Shown in pieces: positions 51,542 to 62,216 of a stretch of 64,000 nt of DNA (positions within the stretch are counted from its first letter, which is position 1; each line of letters opens with the position of its first letter). Source of the DNA: Botryllus schlosseri (Eukaryota). The stretch is from assembly GCA_051294905.1 (NCBI GenBank), contig CM119371.1, positions 37,078,001 to 37,142,000 of the forward strand. Direction: 5' to 3'. The translations under genes and the position numbers were made by a program. The notes below the pieces were generated by a model. That model did no database searches. It saw only the letters and a list, made by a program, of their open reading frames with translations, and was not told where the DNA came from.

Positions 51542-53540
51542 TGTTTGCGCTTGCGCATTTGTTAATTATGATTTTAGTAATCATTTGTAATCAAGCCTTT
51601 TCAGATAGGCTGCTGTTCTTACCGCTATATAAAGCGTCTGCGAACCACCATTTGTTGGTTATTTACGTTGACGCAAAATTAATTGTAAATCTTAATTTAG
51701 TTACGTTTATCTTGATTCTGTTACGTTCGCCGGCTGTATGTTGCTGTTGCTGTTGCTGTGCTAAGTGTCAGCTATCATCATCAAGTTGGGCGTGCTATTT
51801 TGTTATTAAAGTCATGGATCACGTGTATGAATTACAACGATTAGCATCCGTAGATAACCCCATAGACAGGCTTCTGCGCCTCTAATCGGCAGCGCAGGAT
51901 TCAGACTGCCGCGCAGAAACAATTTACAATTAATTTGCAATTTGCAATCAATTCGCCGGTGGAAGATTTCCGTCGAATGTTCTCTACATTGAAGAGGGCG
52001 TTTTCCTCTTGGACGGAGGGGACGAATGCGATAATTCCACAGTCTATGCTCACCGTTTCGAGAATCGGGAGCTCTGTTTCATTTGGTCAGTTCAGTTTCC
52101 GTATTTCGACAATGCGTTGATCTTGTCTACAGCATTCTCCGTTTGTCTGAAAGTCGCATCGATTGCATGGCTGCCACATTCAGGATCATTGCAAAGATGG
52201 CAGCGCAACTGCATGGGGAGTATATTCTTTTCTCTCCAGATGATATCACCCGGGACCATATTCACTCGGGTGCTTGAGTCACAGTTGCCGACAGAGATGC
52301 ACAGACGTTGGATGCGGAAGACTGGTCCGTTGCGTGAAACCGACGAAGACGAAGGTTCTGTGTTGTGTGATTCCATTTCAACAGAAACGACCTCTTGGAG
52401 ATGAATGAGAACTCCACCTGACGATGAAGCTGATTGGCATTCAAGGCAGCATAGGGTCGAAGGCAGCATAGGGTCGAGACGGAACAATTTATCTGCACAG
52501 ACATTCATTCCTCTGCGCAGTCGCTTCAGTTTCGCCCTCGCTACCGTTCCCTCCAGGTATTAACGCTCATCGTCTGTTAGATTTGTGTCAGGCACCTCGC
52601 ATCGAAAGGGTAATTTGGCTATTTGAAGAATTGTACCGAGCAAAGCCTGAAATTGTTATGATTCCGAAATAATCATTTCGAGCTGTTGCACGTTGCGGGG
52701 ACTCTAAGATCATTTTGACTTCTCCGATTGTGACGAATTTTCGAGTCTGTGATACGATTCATCCGACATCGAGAGTCATCATCACGCGCTGGGGTGAAAC
52801 TGTCCAGGTTGAGTCGCGTTCGATTGTCTGCGCTCATTCATAGTGATTTATTCTCGTCGCTTGTAGACATGCTGAACGCCTCTGTACCAATTCAAAGTGA
52901 TCTATTATCATCGCTTGTGTAGAGTTGCTGACTGCTTCCATATTTATTCCAAATGATTTATTTTTCTCGCCTGTAGAGATGTGAACGCCTTTCTACTATT
53001 TAGGGTGATATATAGAATGTATTTTGGATAGGAGGTTCAGCAGCTCTTTGTACGTTGCTCATGGTACAATCTCACTTTGCGTATGAGGATGATGATTCGA
53101 GTGATCGGAACGTGTATTACATTGATAATTCTGTTGACTAGGATCAGTCAAATGGAGGAGTGTTTGCGCTTGCGCATTTGTTAATTATGATTTTAGTAAT
53201 CATTTGTAATCAAGCCTTTTCAGATAGGCTGCTGTTCTTACCGCTATATAAAGCGTCTGCGAACCACCATTTGTTGGTTATTTACGTTGACGCAAAATTA
53301 ATTGTAAATCTTAATTTAGTTACGTTTATCTTGATTCTGTTACGTTCGCCGGCTGTATGTTGCTGTTGCTGTTGCTGTGCTAAGTGTCAGCTATCATCAT
53401 CAAGTTGGGCGTGCTATTTTGTTATTAAAGTCATGGATCACGTGTATGAATTACAACGATTAGCATCCGTAGATAACCCCATAGACAGGCTTCTGCGCCT
53501 CTAATCGGCAGCGCAGGATTCAGACTGCCGCGCAGAAACT
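51542..53540 (+). mobile_element. Short non-autonomous LTR retrotransposon (380-bp LTRs, 1.24-kb interior)
   Basis: Direct repeats 51542-51921 and 53161-53539 identical by eye; TGTTT...AAACA ends; TATATAAA at 51626; ATTAAA; purine tract AATGGAGGAG abutting the 3' LTR. Confidence 0.88.
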
Positions 53541-53889
53541 ATTAATATGAATTATTAAACGAAGAATAGTCTTATCAAGTGATTGGCAATCTTGTAAGGA
53601 GGTCAGGGCATGCGTGGATCACGCAGTCACGGCGTGGTTAGATCACGTGATCACGGATTGCGCAAGCGCGGGAGATAACGCGACGTTCGCACATCGACCA
53701 CGCGTGGTCGGCTCAGTGTTGATTTGACTTGGCGTGGGACGGACGGACGACTTTTGAGAAGATGGATATCTGTGTTTTATGTAATAACGAAGTTATAAAG
53801 GATCACCAATAAACGTTTCCCACGAACACGAACAAAAATTTATAAACGTAAAAATAAATTATTTTTTTTGTGCCTTTGGAGAGACGGAT

Positions 53890-54450
53890 ATTAGGGTTGG
53901 GGTGGGAGTATTAGGGTTGGGGAAAGAGGGATATTCATATTAGGTTTGGGGTTAGGGGGATATTAGGGTTTGGAGAAAGGGGGATATTAGGGTTTGGGGA
54001 AAGCGAGATTGGAGGTGGGTTAGGGTATCCCAAGATTAGGGTTGGGGATGTTAGGGAAGGGGAGATACTAGGTTGGGGAATTGGAGGTGGGTTAGGGTAT
54101 CCCATGATTTGGGTTGGGGGATTGGAGGTGGGTTAGGTTATCCCAAGATTAGGGTTGGGGGAAAGGGGGGTTGGAGGTGGGTTAGGGTATCGCAAGATTA
54201 GGATGTGGGGATGTTAGGGAAGGGGGGATATTAGGCTGGGGGAAAGTGGGTTAGGGTATCCCAATATTAGGGAAGGGGGGATATTAGGTTGTGGAAAAGG
54301 GTGATTGGAGGTGGGTTAGGGTATCCCAAGATTAGGGTTGGGGGATGTTAGGAAAGGGGGATATTAGGTTGGGGTAAATGTGGATATTAGGGGAAAGGAG
54401 GATTGGAGGTGGGTTAGGATCAAAGTTGGAGTTAGGATATCCCAAGATTA
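53890..54450 (+). repeat. G-rich degenerate minisatellite containing TTAGGG
   Basis: Units such as ATTGGAGGTGGGTTAGGGTATCCCAAGATTAGGGTTGGGG; strong G skew. Confidence 0.85.
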
Positions 54451-54859
54451 GTGCCGAGTTCACCGGCAAACATTCCAGTAACCAATCATGGTGACCGGTA
54501 CCGTTACGCGATCTATCACGGCACGTGATTCTTCTTTATCTGAGATATATATTTAATGCATTTTTATTATAAAATTTCCCGATGGCCGAATTCACCAATG
54601 GCCGAATTCACCAAGTGCCGAGTTCACCAAGTGCCGAGTTCGTCCGGCCGAATTCACCAAGTGCCGAGTTCACTGGTAATCTTAACAATGACCCGTTGCG
54701 GCTCTTCGATTATTCGGACAATGCCGATATTTCAGACTTGGAGGGCGAAGTCTAAGCGGTACAGAGCCTGATCATATTTTCATTTACATTTTCAGAGTCA
54801 GTGTGACAGTAGCTATCGATCAAGACCAGATTCAATAAATTCTGCGCTCTGGAAGACGA

Positions 54860-55333
54860 CATTACACGAGATCCTCGTCAAAGGGGAATATCTACTTACC
54901 CCCACCCAATAGCAACCTAACTAAGAGATCTATCGACTACTCGGGACCTATCATTTGGAATGCATTACCGCCACATATCCGTGAATTGCCTTATGATAGA
55001 TTCAAAAAAGCCCTACTTGATCACCTCTTATCGTTACACTAACACTGTCGCCTTACCTCGCCCAGACATTGCTTCATTGATCATTTGCTACCATCGTTTA
55101 ATTTTTCTTCTATTTTATTTTTTTTAACTACTGTAACTTTTTTTACAGCCAGACTGTTTAGAGTCAAGTGTACCTGTTTGATGCTGGTGTGATCAGACTA
55201 GATGACCCTCACGGTCTTATCGATCATTCCTATCTAATACCGAATACTGTGCATGCATATTTTCTGTACCACCACCACTGCCGTGTGTTATGTATTTTGG
55301 TTTGATGAAAAATAAAGACTCTCTCTCTCTCTC
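54860..55333 (+). mobile_element. 3' end of a second CR1/L2-group LINE family with a (CT)n tail
   Basis: HYTRSSSKGN...RSIDYSGPIIWNALPPHIR...FKKALLDHLL* (stop 55040-55042), then 3' UTR, AATAAA and CT repeat. Confidence 0.85.
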
Positions 55334-56559
55334 TTTTTGGATTGCCAGAAATCCTACAATAGCTACCGTAAAGTAAGTCTAAGTAAAGTAGGCTTACCGG
55401 TTACAAAATGGGAAAAATTCACCGGCTTTTGAGACTTCTACTCCAGTTTTGGAAGTCTCAAATTTCTGAAAAAGTGTCCTCTTTTTAGATTTCCAAAATA
55501 TGGTAATCCTACCGTAAAATAAGTCTGAGTAAAGCTTCAGCGAAGCGGAACGAAGCTGCAAAATTGGTCGTTACCATTCCACGTTTACATTCTATAGTAC
55601 ATCGCTCATCTCTGGGAAACATGGAATGGCAACGACCGATTTTCTGATTCGTTCCGCTTCGCGGAAGCTTGATTTAGAATTGTTTAGCGCCAGCGACTGT
55701 AGGATTTCTGGTAATCCAAAAGTATTCATCGAGAGCGCAGAATTTTCTGAATCTGATCTTGATCGAAAGCTACTGCTGTATCGATTCCGTAAATCTCACA
55801 TTCAATAGCTTGCATTGCAAATTGCAATGCAAGCGTTGTCAAGGTCCGCTCGGTCCGCTGTTTAGTGTGGCCGTGATGTGATTACAATAACAACAATATC
55901 GTGTATATTTAATTATTTATAGAATATTCGCAGTCAGTGGCTCAGTACTCAGTTCAGTACGACTCACGAGGAGGGTTGTCGTGATTATATTCAGGATAAG
56001 GTCAGTCTCTACGTTCAATGTAAGATCAGTGTGCTGACAATAAGGTCAGTCCACGGTTGAGGGTTTATTGCATTGTAGGAGGAAGGGTTTGACACGAGAC
56101 GAGGGTCCTATTCAGGGGTCGCTCACCACTACACGCGATATCCCCCTAATGATAGTAACCCCGAACCGATCCGAGCATCCAACCTAAGGACCCTTCCCCC
56201 CTCCCCTCAAAAAAACCTAATGACACTAACCCTTAACCGTGGACTGGAGTTATTGTTAACATAGCAACTGACCTTATTGTGAACGTAATCGCACCAAGAC
56301 CAACGCTGTAGAATAACTTGTACGCTACAGAAGGGTTTCTTGCTTGGAAGAATTAGTTGAACAGAAAATTGTGTTTGAGATTGCCACTAATTCCACTCTG
56401 ACACCCACCAACTGAACCACTTTGGCCTAGAACAGGGTGTCCAACCTTTTTGGGGTCTATAGTCTACTTTCTTATGAATTTAACCATAACAACATGACCA
56501 TCACCAATCAAAGTTCCTCGTCAACATGTCTAAATCTATAGCGTTGTTTATAATCAAAA

Positions 56560-56890
56560 TAGGGTTAGGGTATCATAGGAGCATTCTTCACCCTTACTCC
56601 CAACCCTAATCCTGCGACACCCCGACCTAAATGATAATTACCAACCACCAACTTCGGACCTCATTCCAACCCTACTCCACCTTAGCCTTCCAATACCCCA
56701 ACAAGCCTAACTAACCCTCAACCATAATTTGAATATACCCTAACTCTCAATTTTACTATACCCTACCCATCCTCAGCCTAAACGGCTAAACCTAACCCTA
56801 ATTTTATGTGACCCAACCTAACCCTTACCCCAACCCTAATTCTATGATACCCCAACGGGTCAACCTAACCCCTAATCCCAAACCATTTAT
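56560..56890. repeat. Degenerate (AACCCT)n-like repeat
   Basis: Repeated CCCTAA/CCTAAC units. Confidence 0.6.
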
Positions 56891-58771
56891 AAATGCCAAA
56901 ATTTCGATATGTTTATTGGGGACCCTGGTTCGTGATGTTGATACTTTTGTGGATAAGAATGTAGACGAGACACCCTTTTTGTTCAAAGAGAGAGAGAGAA
57001 TTTATGCGGTTCCATGAACATTGATAATATACATAGATAAATACAAAGCAAGGTATATATAATTCAATTCAGAACCAGGCTGCAGCGAAAGGATCGGGAG
57101 ATCTTCAAATCAGCAACAGCCTAGGGCCATATTCGGTTAACGAGAATGGTTACACGAGCCACTTGATTAGTGATGAACTGATGATTTTTGTGCTGTTTGT
57201 CTGCATACAACGGAGCTAAATTGCTATGATATAGGAAATCAGTGTGCATCAATTTGTCACCATATTCACGTATGCAAAATGAAATTTCTTGCAAAAAAAT
57301 TCTTCGCGCAGTCTTCTGTTAGATTTTGTACATTTCCAAGTCCAGTGTGTTGGGTACTATAAACAATAAGTGTCACACGTAGAATGTTGTTACGGCAATA
57401 TGGATCGATTGTTAAAAATATTCATGTCCCAACTTACACTTACACAGGTCGGTTCGTTGTCACAGTAACATTCTTATGACATTTGGTATCTCTGGAAGCT
57501 TAAGCTGGCCCGGGTAATTGGCGGACATGGTAGAGTGGGGTGAGGTAGTTGGTGTCAGACTTGCCAAGGTTAAATCATCGATATCGCAGCTGACGTTTTA
57601 CGCCATATAATAGTTAGGTTGGCTAAAACAACGCTGGCTCAATTTCAAACAATACCGGTAGAAGCGAAGTTCTTGCAGTAAAACGTTTTGGATTTATTAT
57701 ATAACAAATAAACGAAAAACAAACAAAATTTAAATTTTCCGCCGCCTCATAAAATTGTTAGGCTGTCAGTCAGTAGAGACGGTACAAACCAAATTTATCT
57801 CAATTCCAACCACTACAAGCGAAGTTATTGCTGTAGAAAAATTTGGATTTGAATGAAAGAGTATTTACGGTGGCTATTTCATTATTTATTATAGAATCAT
57901 AGAATAAGAAATTTTTCTACTGCAATAGCTTCTAGCTTCTAGTGGTTGGAATTGAACCGGATTCGGTGTGCATCATCTCCACTGACAGCCTAACATATTT
58001 TGGGGTAGATTAACATTTTTTTTTCATCTTTTACATAATAAATCGAAATTTTTCTACCGTGGGAATTTCGCTACTACCAGTTGGAATTGAGTCAAATTTA
58101 GTGTCAAGCGTTTTTCTGAACAATTTTGTCACGTAGTCCGTGAAATTTGAAGAAAATGGTTTTTTAACAGCCCTAATGCACATATTAGTATTTCGGCATT
58201 AATAACTGTTGAGATAGAAGTAGCACGGTATATGAAAATAAATACTTGAGCAAGTGAAACTAGTAGATAAATCCACCTGAGTATTACGGAAAAACAGAAA
58301 TACTTCCCAACTGATGACCTCTTTTAGGGGGACAATAGACACATGGCGTGCGTGATAAGGAGTGATGAGTAGAGCTGGGCAAAATCGATTACCGTACCTG
58401 AGTCCTGAGTAGATCGATTGTGAGTCGAGTATTCGAGCATCACTCATTATGACGTCATCAAAATTTGAATGATGCGGAAAGTTCAAATAAGTGCTTTTAA
58501 TGCGACCACAATGTCTAGAATGCCAACTCTACATCACATTGAAGATTTGGTATTTTCCGACCATACCTATGTGATCGCACTTTGTTACAATGCTGTGAGT
58601 GATCACGACTTCACAGATATGTCATTTCAACTAACGTGCACAGCTTTGTGCTACCGGTTTCGTATGTTGCGTTATATATATATATATCGGCTTTTCAATT
58701 AGATATAATAACAATGAAAAGGGCAAAAGAAAACAGGAAACAAAAAAACATCGAGATAATCAGTTTTAGGC

Positions 58772-58982
58772 TCATATTAAGCGTCTCCAACGTAGGCGGT
58801 CGTGGGCGTCTTCAAGCGACAGCCACCGCTGCTCCGTGGGAATGTGATTGATGATGGCGGCGGCTGGTTGCTCGTCTTGATGCCGCACTAGATGGCCAAT
58901 TAGGCGGAAGCGTCGCTCAGCTGCCAGTAGACGGCATGGGACCGTTCCTGTGAGTTCTCGCAATGCATTCGTGGATATATGC
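58772..58982 (-). mobile_element. RTE-clade LINE C-terminal fragment
   Basis: RRFRLIGHLVR and DRLRWRRLI* resemble the RTE RRLRWxGHxxR...DRxxWR motifs; internally deleted. Confidence 0.65.
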
Positions 58983-59679
58983 TAGGCTTACCATACGTCC
59001 TCTTTTAAGAGGATTTGTCCTCTTTTTTGACTTTTTTGAAAGTGTCCTCGGAGGACGCTCTTTTGTCCTCTTTTTTGAGATTTTGTCCACTTTTTTGAAA
59101 ATTTAGGTCAGATTTAGAGCAAAATGCTAGTGATATGCCGCAAATTAGCACATAAGTGAAGCTCCGGCGGTTATTTCGGAGTGAAAAACGATGATTATAG
59201 CTCTGAGCGAAAAGATGACCTTTTTTTTTTTTTTTAGTCAACCGATCACAAAGTGGGAAAAATTCACCGGTTTTTGAGAATTCTATTCCGGTTTTGCAAG
59301 TTGCGAGTTTCTGCAAAATTGTCCTCTTTTTAGATTTCCATATTTTGGAAATATTATGGGAAAAAGCCTGTACCCATGTATTGTATAGTACGCACCCTGC
59401 ATTTGCAGTACAGGAATAGTTATGTTTTATTATTCGATGTCGTTCTGTTTTGCGATGTCACTGTTGAACAATTATGACATAACGATCGATAATAATTATA
59501 CACTCAACAGCATTGTCTCTAAACGATAGTGTCGGAACTAAAGAACGAGTCTGTATTTGTTTTATCCAACCAAAATACCGAACAAACAGACGATATGATC
59601 AACCGAGATTCACAGCCGTACACAGTGTGAAAATTGCATCGAAATTGTAATTGGATAACTCAAATTTTAGCGACTAGAT

Positions 59680-60559
59680 CAGCGGTTCTCAAGCGGGGGT
59701 CCGCGGACCGCTGGGGGTCCGTGAAGCATTTTCAGGGGGTCCGCGAAGCCTCAAAATATTTGATAACCTAATTTGTATTTTTTTTTAATTCGGAAAATGA
59801 CGAGGCAGTCAGTTTCGCTTCATTACTAGTAAAAGTGTAGAGTTCACACATACATAATGGCCGTCTGAGATGAAATATTACTGTGCAGACTCATTTTAAT
59901 TGCTAAATTGCCAATAGCCAACTGATTCAAATATTTTGCTGTTTAGAGATATTTTTTCGGGGATTGTGAGAAAGAAAAGTCGGATGAGTAAGGTCAATCA
60001 CGGCGACTTCAAAATGTTTACAAAAATCCACTCTCGCATGCGATACACAACCATTTTTTATAATAACTCCAAAATAAACTGCTAGATAAAAATGACCAAG
60101 CTTGACGTTATATGTGCATTAAAAAAATAGTTTGTCAATTTTGGTGCCATATTTGTTGCGATCATGTCCAAATGTGTCGCCGGAAGCGTTCCGCGTTATT
60201 AGTACATTTGCCACCATCTATATATGTGGAAATGGATTCTTGGCACTCGTTCATGTCAAATCGAAGGTGCGGATTTTCAAGACACGACCACTTATTTCAA
60301 GAAATGCAGTTGCAGAATTCGCTTAGAAATAATAAAAGTCAAATCAATGTCGATGATTCGATGATTTGTATGATCCTATGTTCAAGAAAAGTCATTTTGT
60401 TGAAGTTTATCAACAAGTCTCTACAGTTATCATTTTGCACAAGACATATGACGATTGCACGATAATTGAGCTAAATTTGAACTAAAACATCGTGGGGGTC
60501 CGCGGGGTCCGTGACGGTCCGAAAGGGGTCCGCGAAGACAAAAAGGTTGAGAACCAGTG
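59680..60559. mobile_element. Charlie/Buster-type MITE
   Basis: TIR CAGCGGTTCTCAA; perfect TSD GACTAGAT. Confidence 0.9.
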
Positions 60560-60824
60560 GACTAGATCATATAATTTCAGTGCTCGACAATATCATCTCT
60601 CACTATTCAACTCTAATCTTTAGAATTAATACTTGATTCAGATTCGAGTATGGTTCTCAAATCATTGTGCCCGGCCATAGTGATGAGTTGATTAGAGTAA
60701 ACAAACTTTGTTACAAAATCTGTTGGTAATTTGTGCCCAACATTTAACACCTAAATACTTCAAGTATGATGTTATCTCAATTGCTATTTCTAGATAGTAC
60801 ATCCAGTAGCGATCATTTCAACAA

Positions 60825-60882
60825 GTGAGTGACACAGACTTCAATATTCTAACTAGTCATCATGTCTTTAAATATCGTATAG
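60825..60882 (+). other. Predicted 58-nt intron upstream of the ZF3 start
   Basis: GTGAGT donor, CTAAC branch point and TAG acceptor; the same elements occur at 23309-23367. Confidence 0.65.
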
Positions 60883-60917
60883 CTGATGCTCACGAGAGCA
60901 GTGGAGGATTAGAGGAT

Positions 60918-62216
60918 ATGCCTACCAGTGTCAAAATTCATGAATGTGATGTATGTGGAAAATCATTTACTCGCAAGAGTAACCTGAAGAGTCATATGGA
61001 CATGCATGTTGGCGTCAAGAATCATGAATGTGCTGTGTGCAGAAAAGCTTTTACTCAGAAGGGTCACCTGAAGCGTCATATGGAGATTCATGCTGGCGTC
61101 AAGAACCATGAATGTGACGTGTGTGGAAAATCATTTACTGACAAGGGTAACCTCAAGCTTCACATGAAGACCCATGGTAGCGTCAAGGATCATGAATGTG
61201 CTGTTTGTGAGAAATCATTTACTCATAACTATCACCTGAATCGTCATATGGAGCTACATGCTAGCGCCAAGAACCATGAATGTGCTGTCTGTGGAAAAGC
61301 CTTTCCTCAGAAGCGAAACCTCGAGATTCATATCGGGATGCCTGTTGGCGTCAAAAATCATGAATGTGCTGTGTGTGGGAAAGCATTTACTCACAAGAGT
61401 AACCTCAAGCGTCATATGGAGATACATGCTGGCGTCAAGAACCATGAATGTAATGTCTGTGGAAAAGCTTTTACTGAGAAGGGAAACCTCAAGCTTCATA
61501 TGAAGATCCATGCTGGCGTCAAAAATCATGAATGTGCTGTGTGTGGGAAAGCATTTACTCACAAGAGTACCCTCAAGCGTCATATGGAGATACATGCTGG
61601 CGTCAAGAACCATGAATGTAATGCCTGTGGAAAAGCTTTTACTGAGAAGGGAAACCTCGAGCTTCATATGAAGATCCATGCTGGCGTCCAAAATCATGAA
61701 TGTGATGTATGTGGGAAAACATTTACTATGAAGCATCACCTGAAACTTCATATGGAGATGCACGCTGGCGTCAAAAATCATGAATGTGCTTTGTGTGGGA
61801 AATCATTTACTCAGAAGGGTCACCTAAATATGCATATGCAGATGCATTTTGACATCAAAAATCATGAATGTGATGTATGTGGGAAAGCATTTACTCAGAA
61901 GAGAGACCTCAAGCTTCATATGAAGATCCATGCTGGCGTCAAAAATCATGAATGTGATGTATGTGGGAAAACATTTACTATGAAGCATCACCTGAAACTT
62001 CATATGGAGATGCACGCTGGCGTCAAAAATCATGAATGTACTATATGTGAAAAAACATTTACTCATAAGGGTAACCTCGAGCATCATATGGTGATGCATG
62101 TTGGCGTCAAAAATCATGTATATGATGTGTGTGGAAAAGCATTTACTCAGAATACAACCCTTACCGGACATATGCGGATACATGCTTGCTTGAAAAATCA
62201 TAAATGTGGTGTATGA
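60918..62216 (+). CDS. Tandem C2H2 zinc-finger protein (15 repeats, 13 with all ligands)
   Basis: ATG at 60918 is at the same position as the ZF2 ATG. Finger 5 has H>P and finger 15 has C>Y; stop TGA replaces a Cys codon of repeat 16. Confidence 0.9.
   Translation: MPTSVKIHECDVCGKSFTRKSNLKSHMDMHVGVKNHECAVCRKAFTQKGHLKRHMEIHAGVKNHECDVCGKSFTDKGNLKLHMKTHGSVKDHECAVCEKSFTHNYHLNRHMELHASAKNHECAVCGKAFPQKRNLEIHIGMPVGVKNHECAVCGKAFTHKSNLKRHMEIHAGVKNHECNVCGKAFTEKGNLKLHMKIHAGVKNHECAVCGKAFTHKSTLKRHMEIHAGVKNHECNACGKAFTEKGNLELHMKIHAGVQNHECDVCGKTFTMKHHLKLHMEMHAGVKNHECALCGKSFTQKGHLNMHMQMHFDIKNHECDVCGKAFTQKRDLKLHMKIHAGVKNHECDVCGKTFTMKHHLKLHMEMHAGVKNHECTICEKTFTHKGNLEHHMVMHVGVKNHVYDVCGKAFTQNTTLTGHMRIHACLKNHKCGV

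Larger units (their letters stand above)
51456..54681. mobile_element. GG..CC TIR element (Merlin- or Mutator-like), host of the LTR element and of a G-rich array
   Basis: Ends GGTTGCCGGTAAACTCGGCAC / GTGCCGAGTTCACTGGTAATC with tandem subterminal units; 8-bp TSD TTAACAAT. Confidence 0.8.

Noticed and set aside
51559..51885. Duplicated ORF with poly-Cys (also 53160-53504)
   Set aside because: Lies within the LTRs; the Cys run comes from a TGTTGC microsatellite.
56560..56890. True telomere or chromosome fusion site
   Set aside because: Highly degenerate, short and embedded among TE fragments.
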